Positions 1 to 8,631 of a DNA stretch of 24,000 bases are shown one piece after another. Position numbers and translations under genes: made by a program. Source of the DNA: an uncultured Tissierellia bacterium (GTDB lineage Bacteria; Bacillota; Clostridia; Tissierellales; Peptoniphilaceae); assembly GCA_963552605.1 (NCBI GenBank), contig CAUVKI010000012.1:19555-43554 (forward strand), in the 5' to 3' direction. Positions within the stretch are counted from its first letter, which is position 1; every line of letters begins with the position of its first letter. The notes under the pieces are model-generated. The model saw nothing but the letters and a program-made list of their open reading frames with translations, had not been told where the DNA came from and ran no database searches.

Positions 1-379
1 GAATATTCCGGAGCCGGGAATTCCCGAATCATTCAAGGTGCTCATCAAGGAGTTGCAAAGCCTTTGTCTTGATGTAAAGATCTTAGATGAGAAAGATGAA
101 GAAGTGGAGCTTAGAGAATCTTTTGATGAAGATATGACCGATTTTGATGCGATGCGTGAGGATTACAGGGAGAGTCGCAACTTGTTCAAAGATGATGAGG
201 AAGATGATTATGATGGGAACGAGAAACTTTCGGACGAGTTTGAGGGCGATGAAGATAAAATTTATGAAGATGGAGAAACAGAGAAAGAAAGCTATGATCT
301 TCCCACGGGTTTCATATTGATTGAGCCGGAAGATTATCAGGACGATGAAGATACTTATGAGGACCTTGATGATTTCTAG
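1..379 (+). CDS. rpoB: DNA-directed RNA polymerase subunit beta, C-terminal part (5' truncated by window)
   Basis: The frame starting at base 2 reads [39 protein letters not shown], the conserved RpoB C-terminus. It is followed by a long acidic tail and lies immediately upstream of rpoC. Confidence 0.97.
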   Translation, partial: NIPEPGIPESFKVLIKELQSLCLDVKILDEKDEEVELRESFDEDMTDFDAMREDYRESRNLFKDDEEDDYDGNEKLSDEFEGDEDKIYEDGETEKESYDLPTGFILIEPEDYQDDEDTYEDLDDF

Positions 380-391
380 GAAGGAGAAAAT

Positions 392-3300
392 ATGCTGGAG
401 AATGTGGATTTTTATTCTATACAGATCGGTCTTGCAAGTCCGGATAAGATTAGGGAGTGGTCAAGGGGCGAAGTAAAAAAACCCGAAACCATAAACTACC
501 GCACACTTAAACCCGAACGTGAGGGGTTGTTTTGTGAAAAGATCTTCGGTCCTACCAAAGATTGGGAATGTTATTGCGGAAAATATAAGCGTGTGCGTTA
601 TAAGGGCGTGATTTGTGACAAGTGCGGAGTGGAGGTTACTAAATCCAAGGTGCGCCGTGAAAGAATGGGACATATCGAGCTTGCGTCGCCTGTTTCTCAC
701 ATATGGTATTTTAAGGGTGTTCCGTCGAGAATGGCATTGGTGCTTGACATAAAAGCCAAAGACCTTGAGGGAGTGCTTTATTTCTCGCGCTATATAGTTA
801 CGGATAAGGGAACTTATAGGCTGCCTCTAAAAGAAGTGCTTTCCGAGGGAGAATATCAGAAAGAAAAAGCCGAGGCGGAGGAAATGGGTTTAACCTTTAC
901 CGCTAAAATGGGAGCCGAGGCGATAGAAGATCTTTTGAAGAGTATAGATTTAAATGAGGAATCCGAAAAGCTTAAGAAGCAAATTGAAAAGACCGGAGGT
1001 CAATCAAAATCCAAACTTGTAAAGAGATTGGAAACAATCGAAAGCTTCAAAAAATCAGGAAATGATCCTGCGTGGATGATACTTAATGTCATACCGGTCA
1101 TTCCTCCGGATTTAAGACCTATGGTTGAGTTGGACGGCGGGAGATTTGCAACAAGCGACCTTAATGATCTTTATCGAAGAGTCATAAATCGCAACAACAG
1201 GCTAAAAAGACTTTTAGACCTCGGTGCACCTGAAATTATAGTGAGAAACGAAAAGAGAATGCTTCAGGAAGCCGTGGATTCGTTAATAGATAACGGCAGA
1301 AGGGGAAAGGCTGTAACCGGAGCGGGAAACAGAGAGCTCAAATCCTTATCGGGAATGCTTAAGGGAAAGCAAGGGCGTTTTCGTCAAAATCTTTTGGGAA
1401 AGCGGGTGGACTATTCAGGACGCTCCGTTATAGTGGTAGGTCCCGAACTCAAGTTCTATCAGTGTGGACTTCCGAAGGATATGGCTTTGGAGCTTTTTAA
1501 GCCTTTCGTTATGAAAAGACTGGTTGAGGAGAACTATGCGCATAACATAAAGTCTGCAAAACGAATGGTGGAACGGGCGGAAGCTGAAGTGTGGGATGCG
1601 TTGGAATATGTGATAGAGGATCACCCCGTTCTTTTAAACAGAGCCCCGACTCTTCACAGATTGGGAATACAGGCATTTGAGCCGTTGCTTGTTGAGGGAA
1701 AGGCCATAAAGCTTCACCCTTTGGTGTGCGCCGCTTTTAATGCGGACTTTGACGGAGATCAAATGCCAGTACACATTCCGATTTCCGTGGAAGCTCAAGC
1801 GGAAGCAAGAATGCTTATGCTCTCTACCAATAATATCCTCGCACCCAAAGACGGAAAACCCATAACCACACCTTCTCAAGATATGGTGCTCGGGTGTTAT
1901 TGGATTACAATGGAAATTGCCGGAGAAATAGGAGAGGGAAAGCTCTTTTGTGACTATAACGAAATGCTCACCGCTTTGGAACATAAAGCTGTGGGGCTTC
2001 ATTCAAGAGTTAAAGTGCGTGTCAAATTAAACAGCAAGGATAGAGGAAAGATAGTCGAGAGCACGGTCGGAAGATTTATAATGAATCAGGAAATTCCTCA
2101 GGATTTGGGATTTGTGGACAGGGAAAAAGACCCCTATTCCTTGGAAGTGGATTTCTTATTAAAGAAAAAACAACTAAGCCTCCTTGTTGAGAAATGCTAT
2201 AAAAAACACGGCAATATAAAGACTGCAAGGCTTTTGGATCATATTAAATCAACAGGATTTAAATATTCCACACTCGCCGCCATTTCAATTTCAATAGGAG
2301 ATATTTTAGTTCCGGATGCAAAGAGGGAAATCATTGCACAGGCTGAGGAAAAGGTCGAAAAAATTCAAAAGATTTTCAAAAGAGGTCTTATATCGGACGA
2401 TGAACGCTATGAAAAGGTAATTGAAACTTGGACAAAAGCCACGGATGATCTTACCAATATCCTTATGGATAATATGAATGAGCTTAACAATATATACATT
2501 ATGACCAACTCGGGTGCGAGAGGAAGTATGCAGCAAATTCGTCAGCTTGCCGGAATGCGGGGACTTATGGCATCAACTTCCGGAAAGACTGTCGAAATTC
2601 CAATCAAATCAAATTTCCGTGAAGGACTTTCCGTATTGGAGTTTTTTATATCAACTCACGGTGCAAGAAAAGGATTGGCGGACACCGCATTGCGCACGGC
2701 GGATTCGGGATATCTTACGAGAAGGTTGGTAGATGTAAGTCAGCAGGTGATTATCAGAGAAGAGGACTGCAAAACGGAGGAGTATTTGACCATCACCTCG
2801 TTTAAAGACGGCAATGAAGTCATTGAGGAATTGAAAGACCGAATTGAGGGAAGATATTCGGCGGAAACCGTAACCCATCCGGAAACGGGGGAAATAATAG
2901 TTGAAAAAGGCTGTATGATTTCTCAGGATCAGGCGGAAAAAATTCAAGATGCGGGGATAATAAGCGTAAAAGCCAGATCGGTTTTGGGGTGTCATTCAAA
3001 GCGGGGAGTCTGTGCTCATTGCTACGGCAGAAACTTAGCCCAAGACGGAGATATTCAGATAGGAGAATCCGTAGGAATTATAGCGGCTCAATCCATAGGA
3101 GAGCCGGGAACTCAGCTTACGATGAGAGGATTTCACACCGGAGGAGTGGCGGGAGTTGCGGATATAACCCAAGGCTTGCCCAGAGTTGAGGAACTTTTTG
3201 AAGCGAGAAAACCAAAAGGTCTTGCGGTGATAAGTGAAGTTGCAGGAGAAGTGTCAATAAGAGACAATGAGGACAAGAGAAAAGATGTGGTAATAATCGA

Positions 3301-3934
3301 CGAACAAGGCGAAGAACACATCTATCATATCAATTACGGATATAGAATTCTTGTGAAAGAAGGACAGTATGTGGAAGAAGCTCAGGCTCTTACGGACGGT
3401 TCAATTGACCCTCACGAGATAATGAAGATTAAGGGAATTGAAGCGGTTGAACACTATATAGTAAAAGAAGTGCAAAGAGTATATAAAATGGCGGGTATCG
3501 ACATCAATGATAAGCACATTGAATTGATAGTAAGGCAGATGCTCTCAAAAGTGAAGATAGGAAACCCCGGGGACTCCGAGTTTTTGCCGGGCTCCATGGT
3601 TTCGTGGCAGACATTCAATGCGGTCAATCGCAGACTTGAGGAGAATGGAGAAACCGCCTCCGAGGGGGAAAGAATTCTACTGGGAATTACAAAAGCCGCA
3701 CTTGCAACGGAATCTTTCCTTTCCGCCGCATCGTTCCAAGAAACTACAAGGGTTTTGACTCAAGCGGCGATAGAGGGAAAGAGAGACCATTTAGAGGGAC
3801 TTAAGGAAAATATAATCATAGGAAAGCTCATTCCTGCAGGTACGGGATTGGTAAGATATAGAAAAGTGGAAGTGGAAAAGGAAAAAAAGACGGAAAAAAT
3901 CCTTAGAGAGATTCCTGTTGAGGATCTGTTATAG
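392..3934 (+). CDS. rpoC: DNA-directed RNA polymerase subunit beta' (1180 aa)
   Basis: Full-length ORF with Zn-binding [23 protein letters not shown], the active-site motif NADFDGDQM, and C-terminal [19 protein letters not shown] aaggag upstream. Confidence 0.99.
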   Translation: MLENVDFYSIQIGLASPDKIREWSRGEVKKPETINYRTLKPEREGLFCEKIFGPTKDWECYCGKYKRVRYKGVICDKCGVEVTKSKVRRERMGHIELASPVSHIWYFKGVPSRMALVLDIKAKDLEGVLYFSRYIVTDKGTYRLPLKEVLSEGEYQKEKAEAEEMGLTFTAKMGAEAIEDLLKSIDLNEESEKLKKQIEKTGGQSKSKLVKRLETIESFKKSGNDPAWMILNVIPVIPPDLRPMVELDGGRFATSDLNDLYRRVINRNNRLKRLLDLGAPEIIVRNEKRMLQEAVDSLIDNGRRGKAVTGAGNRELKSLSGMLKGKQGRFRQNLLGKRVDYSGRSVIVVGPELKFYQCGLPKDMALELFKPFVMKRLVEENYAHNIKSAKRMVERAEAEVWDALEYVIEDHPVLLNRAPTLHRLGIQAFEPLLVEGKAIKLHPLVCAAFNADFDGDQMPVHIPISVEAQAEARMLMLSTNNILAPKDGKPITTPSQDMVLGCYWITMEIAGEIGEGKLFCDYNEMLTALEHKAVGLHSRVKVRVKLNSKDRGKIVESTVGRFIMNQEIPQDLGFVDREKDPYSLEVDFLLKKKQLSLLVEKCYKKHGNIKTARLLDHIKSTGFKYSTLAAISISIGDILVPDAKREIIAQAEEKVEKIQKIFKRGLISDDERYEKVIETWTKATDDLTNILMDNMNELNNIYIMTNSGARGSMQQIRQLAGMRGLMASTSGKTVEIPIKSNFREGLSVLEFFISTHGARKGLADTALRTADSGYLTRRLVDVSQQVIIREEDCKTEEYLTITSFKDGNEVIEELKDRIEGRYSAETVTHPETGEIIVEKGCMISQDQAEKIQDAGIISVKARSVLGCHSKRGVCAHCYGRNLAQDGDIQIGESVGIIAAQSIGEPGTQLTMRGFHTGGVAGVADITQGLPRVEELFEARKPKGLAVISEVAGEVSIRDNEDKRKDVVIIDEQGEEHIYHINYGYRILVKEGQYVEEAQALTDGSIDPHEIMKIKGIEAVEHYIVKEVQRVYKMAGIDINDKHIELIVRQMLSKVKIGNPGDSEFLPGSMVSWQTFNAVNRRLEENGETASEGERILLGITKAALATESFLSAASFQETTRVLTQAAIEGKRDHLEGLKENIIIGKLIPAGTGLVRYRKVEVEKEKKTEKILREIPVEDLL

Positions 3935-3961
3935 TCCTGACTTATGTCGTAATCGTGAAGC

Positions 3962-3997
3962 ATCGGCGACTGCAAAAATGTAGTCGCCGATTTTTTT
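3962..3997 (+). terminator. rho-independent terminator of rpoC
   Basis: 10-bp perfect stem ATCGGCGACT...AGTCGCCGAT followed by a T run. Confidence 0.9.
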
Positions 3998-4010
3998 GCG
4001 AGTATCTGAT

Positions 4011-4120
4011 ACTATTATTTCTTTGAATTGTGGATATAAACAATTTGTACTCCACAGAAGATACACGAATTTTTGTGGTCGAAAAATAGATATAACCATA
4101 CCTCTATTGAATAATATAGT
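4011..4120 (+). repeat. Dispersed MITE-like repeat, copy 1
   Basis: actattatttctttgaattgtggatataaacaatttgt...gaatttttgtggtcgaaaaat...ataaccata..tctattgaataata is shared, inverted, with 6882-6984. Part of it is shared in direct orientation with 9403-9480. Confidence 0.8.
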
Positions 4121-4230
4121 CGATTAACTTAGAATTACGAATCAGCCCTCCTTGCAATTCCTGCGTTTTATTTTTTAATTTATTCGGCTCATAAGATTAA
4201 AATACTATAGTATGAATTTTTTATATAAAA

Positions 4231-4260
4231 AACGGGCAAAAACTTCAGCCCGTTTTTTTT
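4231..4260 (-). terminator. Hairpin downstream of the minus-strand two-gene cassette (possibly bidirectional)
   Basis: aaacgggcaaaaacttcagcccgttttttt: stem AACGGGC/GCCCGTT, T run on the plus strand and A run (T run on minus) on the other side. Confidence 0.75.
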
Positions 4261-4478
4261 TCATCAACCTCGCTCGGCACATGCCTATCCACATATCTAT
4301 CCAAAAGCCTGAAAAAGAGGATAATTGCAGTTATAAGGCACGCAATTCTGCATACAGCCCATAACTCAAAAGGCACAGGAAAATTCCGAATAAATATACT
4401 GAGGTCAAAAGACAGATATACGAGTGCGACTATGATAACCGCCTCTAAAAGGATACAAAACTTCTCTTCGTATCTCAT
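4245..4478 (-). CDS. Small membrane protein of unknown function, 77 aa, two predicted TM segments
   Basis: ORF overlaps the upstream gene by 4 nt (ATGA). Hydrophobic segments CILLEAVIIVALVYLSFDL and LWAVCRIACLITAIILFFRLL. Confidence 0.6.
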   Translation of the reverse strand: MRYEEKFCILLEAVIIVALVYLSFDLSIFIRNFPVPFELWAVCRIACLITAIILFFRLLDRYVDRHVPSEVDEKKTG

Positions 4479-4873
4479 GATTCAACCTCATAAATCTTTC
4501 TGCATACTACACGAACTCTCTTATTAGGTTTAACAGTGAATGTATGAGTTTCAGTTCTGACAAAAGAAAGATTTGGAGCTATTCCCAGACCCTTAATATC
4601 TCCTGAGAAAGTTGTTCCAAACGAAAGTGTTTCTGTGATCGTAATACTTCCCTCTGAATAGTGATAATATTTAGAAACGGTTTCGTAAGGTGAATACTCA
4701 TAATAAGTTCTCACGTTAATTGCCCTGTTCCTAATATCGTTTATGAACTTCGGTCTAATAGCTTCCTTCTCTGTGGCATCCTGCCCTCTTTGCGCAAACA
4801 CACTTGTGGGAAGCGCAAGAATCCCAATAGACAACAATAAAGCCAACACTGAAATAAACAACTTCTTTTTCAT
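4475..4873 (-). CDS. Secreted protein of unknown function, 132 aa, with N-terminal signal peptide
   Basis: MKKKLFISVLALLLSIGILALPTSVFA-Q signal peptide. Reverse strand aaggaggagagtATG gives a strong RBS. The mature domain appears beta-rich. Confidence 0.65.
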   Translation of the reverse strand: MKKKLFISVLALLLSIGILALPTSVFAQRGQDATEKEAIRPKFINDIRNRAINVRTYYEYSPYETVSKYYHYSEGSITITETLSFGTTFSGDIKGLGIAPNLSFVRTETHTFTVKPNKRVRVVCRKIYEVES

Positions 4874-5313
4874 ACTCTCCTCCTTAAATATCTTTTCAAC
4901 TGTCTTAACCTGTTCACTACTGACCGAGATAATTTTTGCCTAAAGCATTTGTCAGAAAACAGATCTGCTGACTTTGAGCTCACCTCACTTTCTCTCTCCT
5001 AAGCACATTATAATCCAAAAGAAAAAAAAACAACCATTATTTTCGAAATAAATAAAATTTTAATATTAAAGAGATGAAATGTCTAATTCAAACACTTAAA
5101 TATTATAACCGTAGTTTGTTATGTAAATGTGTAAAAAAGAGCAGCCTAAGGACTGTTCTTAACCTAATTTATCTCTGGGGGGAACTTTTTTATAGGGAGT
5201 TATCAGCACCACTTCTCCCTCGCTATAAGTGCCAAGCACCTGATTACATTTAAATCTCCTCCAAATTTTCCAACACTTCACATGTCAAATCCGATGACAA
5301 TTTTTATAAAGTA

Positions 5314-5373
5314 AAAACGACTTTCACCTTGTGTGGTAGAATATAATGATCACACAGAGTAAAAGTCGCTTTT
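5314..5373. promoter_or_regulatory. Imperfect palindrome overlapping a putative -10 (TATAAT, 5342-5347), followed by an AGGAGG RBS (5377-5382)
   Basis: Left arm aaaaacgactttcaccttgtgtg (5313-5335) pairs imperfectly with cacacagagtaaaagtcgctttt (5351-5373). A TATAAT hexamer lies in the loop and aggaggaataag follows. Confidence 0.55.
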
Positions 5374-5390
5374 TTAGGAGGAATAAGTTT

Positions 5391-6675
5391 GATGAACGCT
5401 ATGAAAAGGTAATTGAAACTTGGATAAAAGCCACGGATGATCTTACCAATATCCTTATGGATAATATGAATGAGCTTAACAATATATACATTATGACCAA
5501 CTCGGGTGCGAGAGGAAGTATGCAGCAAATTCGTCAGCTTGCCGGAATACGGCAATGAAGTCATTGAGGAATTGAAAGACCGAATTGAGGGAAGATACTC
5601 AGCGGAAACCGTAACCCACCCCGAAACGGGAGAAATAATAGTTGAAAAAGGCTGTATGATTTCTCAGGATCAGGCAGAAAAAATTCAAGATGCGGGGATA
5701 ATAAGCGTAAAAGCCAGATCGGTTTTGGGGTGTCATTCAAAGCGGGGAGTCTGTGCTCATTGCTACGGCAGAAACTTAGCCCAAGACGGAGATATTCAGA
5801 TAGGAGAATCCGTAGGAATTATAGCGGCTCAATCCATAGGAGAGCCGGGAACTCAGCTTACGATGAGAGGATTTCACACCGGAGGAGTGGCGGGAGTTGC
5901 GGATATAACCCAAGGCTTGCCCAGAGTTGAGGAACTTTTTGAAGCGAGAAAACCAAAAGGTCTTGCGGTGATAAGTGAAGTTGCAGGAGAAGTGTCAATA
6001 AGAGACAATGAGGACAAGAGAAAAGATGTGGTAATAATCGACGAACAAGGCGAAGAACACATCTATCATATCAATTACGGATATAGAATTCTTGTGAAAG
6101 AAGGACAGTATGTGGAAGAAGCTCAGGCTCTTACGGACGGTTCAATTGACCCTCACGAGATAATGAAGATTAAGGGAATTGAAGCGGTTGAACACTATAT
6201 AGTAAAAGAAGTGCAAAGAGTATATAAAATGGCGGGTATCGACATCAATGATAAGCACATTGAATTGATAGTAAGGCAGATGCTCTCAAAAGTGAAGATA
6301 GGAAACCCCGGGGACTCCGAGTTTTTGCCGGGCTCCATGGTTTCGTGGCAGACATTCAATGCGGTCAATCGCAGACTTGAGGAGAATGGAGAAACCGCCT
6401 CCGAGGGGGAAAGAATTCTACTGGGAATTACAAAAGCCGCACTTGCAACGGAATCTTTCCTTTCCGCCGCATCGTTCCAAGAAACTACAAGGGTTTTGAC
6501 TCAAGCGGCGATAGAGGGAAAGAGAGACCATTTAGAGGGACTTAAGGAAAATATAATCATAGGAAAGCTCATTCCTGCAGGTACGGGATTGGTAAGATAT
6601 AGAAAAGTGGAAGTGGAAAAGGAAAAAAAGACGGAAAAAATCCTTAGAGAGATTCCTGTTGAGGATCTGTTATAG
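5391..6675 (+). pseudogene. rpoC (partial copy): Partial duplicate of rpoC 3' region with an internal 251-bp deletion and frameshift
   Basis: 5391-5548 matches 2399-2556 (offset 2992) with one mismatch; 5549-6675 matches 2808-3934 (offset 2741). Bases 2557-2807 are missing, and 251 is not divisible by 3. This accounts for the two overlapping ORFs 5346..5558 and 5506..6675. Confidence 0.95.
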
Positions 6676-6702
6676 TCCTGACTTATGTCGTAATCGTGAA
6701 GC

Positions 6703-6739
6703 ATCGGCGGCTGCAGAAATGTAGCCGCCGATTTTTTTT
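6703..6739 (+). terminator. Duplicated copy of the rpoC terminator with a compensatory stem change
   Basis: ATCGGCGGCTGCAGAAATGTAGCCGCCGAT followed by a T run. Relative to 3962-3991, A:T at 3969/3984 is replaced by G:C. Confidence 0.9.
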
Positions 6740-6881
6740 GGTATCTGTGTTTTTTATACTAAAATTCTATAAACTTATTGAATATCAAACATAAATATGC
6801 CGGACTAGCTTGGGGGTGAAATAAATGCACAAAATACAACAACAAGAAGCAGAAAAGATAAAAGAAATGAGAAAGAAAGTA

Positions 6882-6984
6882 ATACTATTATTCAATAGAA
6901 GTATGGTTATATATATTTTTCGACCATAAAAATTCGTGTATCTTACAAATTGTTTATATCCACAATTCAAAGAAATAATAGTAT
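6882..6984 (-). repeat. Dispersed MITE-like repeat, copy 2, with 11-bp perfect terminal inverted repeats
   Basis: ATACTATTATT (6882-6892) ... AATAATAGTAT (6974-6984). The reverse complement of the interior matches copy 1 almost throughout. Confidence 0.8.
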
Positions 6985-7186
6985 AAAATACAAAAGACTA
7001 TATGCAGTGCAGCTAAGAGCGGAAAGAAAAACCAATCAGGAAATAGCGGAAAAATTAGACACATCGGATAGGGTAGTAAGCAATTGGATATGCAAATATG
7101 TAAAAGAAGGAATAGAGGGATTATTAAGCAAACGACAAAAAGGAAATCACAGAAATATGACATTAAGGAAGGATAGTATAAGATAG
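6950..7186 (+). mobile_element. Truncated IS630-like transposase N-terminal (HTH) fragment
   Basis: Translation KYKRLYAVQLRAERKTNQEIAEKLDTSDRVVSNWICKYVKEGIEGLLSKRQKGNHR resembles IS630-family N-terminal HTH domains. No catalytic DDE domain follows. Confidence 0.65.
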
Positions 7187-7194
7187 TCGGCAGC

Positions 7195-7330
7195 TTTTTT
7201 AAAAAAGAGTTAAGCTCTAATCGTTGATAAATTTTTTGCAGGAAAAAATATCCGATATTTAGCTTGTTGCTTTCAGACATAATTTTATCAGTAGCCTTAA
7301 TTTTCTGAGCAAAATCAACTTTTATGTCTA
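7195..7330 (-). mobile_element. Short degraded fragment resembling an IS1634/IS4-type transposase N-terminal region
   Basis: Minus-strand frame reads LDIKVDFAQKIKATDKIMSESNKLNIGYFFLQKIYQRLELNSFLKK. NIGYFFLQKIY resembles the N(V/I)GY(L/F)FLQ.IY motif of IS1634-type transposases. It is truncated at about 7200. Confidence 0.45.
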
Positions 7331-7505
7331 AAAATAAATTTTAAAAATTTGACAAAAGAATGGAGCTATTTCAAGCTTTTTAAGGTGTTTGAGGCAATTT
7401 AACTGTCGAAAACCCGTTTCGTTTTCGATTGAATAACAAAAAATCTTGTTCCTTAGGTGAGTTATTGGTATAATAGGGGCGTAGGAATTGTTAAGGAGGA
7501 ATGAG

Positions 7506-8066
7506 ATGGTATCTGCTAGTGATTTTAAAAACGGCTTGACTTTCATTTTTGAGGGTGATGTGTATCAGGTCGTGGAATTTCAGCATGTGAAACCCGGAAA
7601 GGGGGCTGCTTTTGTGCGGACTAAAATCAAGTCCGTTATGAGCGGGGGTACGAAAGAGCTTACATTTAATCCGTCTGAGAAGTTTGAACAGGCTCAGCTT
7701 GAATCCAAGGAAATGCAATATCTCTATAATGAAGGCGAATTATACTACTTTATGGACAACGAAACCTATGAGCAAATTCCAATTTCCAAGGACAAGGTGG
7801 AGGACGCAATGAAATTCTTAAAGGAAAATGATAGTGCAAATATTCGTTTCTTTAAGGGAGAGCCTTTCGAGGTGCTTGCGCCGAATTTTGTGGAGCTTGA
7901 AGTTATTCACACGGAGCCGGGGGTTAAAGGAAACACGGCAACCGGAGCCAATAAGCCCGCAACCGTCAGCACGGGAGCGACCGTTACCGTTCCGCTTTTT
8001 GTAAACACCGGCGATGTCATTAAGATAGACACTCGTTCGGGAGAATATCTCTCAAGAGTACAATAG
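7506..8066 (+). CDS. efp: Elongation factor P
   Basis: [44 protein letters not shown]...[43 protein letters not shown] is a classic EF-P. RBS aaggagg at 7493-7499, ATG at 7506. Confidence 0.97.
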   Translation: MVSASDFKNGLTFIFEGDVYQVVEFQHVKPGKGAAFVRTKIKSVMSGGTKELTFNPSEKFEQAQLESKEMQYLYNEGELYYFMDNETYEQIPISKDKVEDAMKFLKENDSANIRFFKGEPFEVLAPNFVELEVIHTEPGVKGNTATGANKPATVSTGATVTVPLFVNTGDVIKIDTRSGEYLSRVQ

Positions 8067-8076
8067 GAGGTGTGTG

Positions 8077-8451
8077 ATGAGCTATTTAGGAGAAAGAGTA
8101 TCGTATCTAAGAGGTCTTTTGGAGGGAATGGAATTTGAATCCAAAAGCAGGGTAGGAAAGATTTTGAGTGAAGTGGTTGCCTGCATGGAGGATATGGCTG
8201 ATGAGATTGAAAGGCTTAGTGAAAATCAATCCGATTCGGACGAACTTTTAAATCTTTTAGATGAGGATTTGGAGGATTTGGAAGATTTCGTCTATGACGA
8301 TGATGAATATGACGGATACGATCGTTATGATGATTATGACGACGATGACGAGGACGATGACGACTTCGATTATGATTTTGACTATGACGACGATGACGAC
8401 GACTTCGATTACGATTTTGACGACGATGACGAGGACGATGACGAAGATTAG
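8077..8451 (+). CDS. Small conserved hypothetical-type protein with an extreme Asp-rich C-terminal tail
   Basis: ORF directly follows efp with RBS aggaggtgtg. Structured N-terminus MSYLGERVSYLRGLLEGMEFESKSRVGKILSEVVACMEDMADEIERL, then a low-complexity D/E/F/Y tail. Confidence 0.8.
   Translation: MSYLGERVSYLRGLLEGMEFESKSRVGKILSEVVACMEDMADEIERLSENQSDSDELLNLLDEDLEDLEDFVYDDDEYDGYDRYDDYDDDDEDDDDFDYDFDYDDDDDDFDYDFDDDDEDDDED
8275..8448 (+). repeat. Degenerate coding repeats (gacgaygacgac / ttcgattaygattttgac) encoding the Asp-rich tail
   Basis: Near-repeated blocks gacgacttcgattatgattttgac and gacgacttcgattacgattttgac with (GAY)n runs. Confidence 0.8.
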
Positions 8452-8471
8452 AAATTTTTGAAATCCGAAAA

Positions 8472-8499
8472 GGCTCGAGGTTTATGCTTCGGGCTTTTT
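8472..8499 (+). terminator. Terminator downstream of the efp/acidic gene pair
   Basis: ggctcgagg tttatg cttcgggct ttttt; 8-9 bp stem with G:U pairs followed by T run. Confidence 0.65.
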
Positions 8500-8593
8500 A
8501 GTTTCACGATAAACTAGTAATTTTTTAGAGAAATAGGATATGTTATGAATGGTGGGAGAATGGTGTTTGGGTAATTTTAGGGAATTTATTGAT

Positions 8594-8622
8594 TTGACAT
8601 TTATAAAAATATCTGCTAATCT
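8594..8622 (+). promoter_or_regulatory. Strong sigma-A-type promoter of the type III TA locus
   Basis: TTGACA (8594-8599), 17-bp spacer, TAATCT (8617-8622) preceded by an extended TGc. Expected start is near 8629, just before the repeats. Confidence 0.8.
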
Positions 8623-8631
8623 TTAAGCGGG

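Noticed and set aside
461-3321. Antisense and alternative-frame ORFs inside rpoC (for example 461..700, 1634..2002, 2651..2995, 2989..3189)
   Set aside because: Shadow ORFs with no recognisable domains, no RBS support, and complete overlap with the highly conserved rpoC coding frame. The same shadows recur in the rpoC duplicate (5730..5930, 5874..6062).
5137-5160. Small hairpin aagagcag-cctaagga-ctgttctt as a terminator or riboregulator
   Set aside because: The stem is modest with a G:U pair, lacks a T run, and no adjacent gene end supports a termination role.
5346-5558. ORF 5346..5558 as an independent small gene
   Set aside because: Most of it is rpoC residues [11 protein letters not shown]...QQIRQLAGI fused to upstream leader sequence and ended by the deletion frameshift; better described as part of the pseudogene.
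6785-7280. Hydrophobic minus-strand ORFs 6785..6970 and 6954..7280 as membrane proteins
   Set aside because: They are chimeric readings across repeat copy 2, the antisense of the IS630-like fragment and an IS1634-like fragment; the hydrophobic stretch arises from AT-rich antisense sequence.
8261-8461. Alternate-frame ORF with Met/Thr-rich repeats (TMTTSIMILTMTTMTTTS)
   Set aside because: It is the out-of-frame reading of the Asp-rich GAY repeat tract of the 8077..8451 gene.
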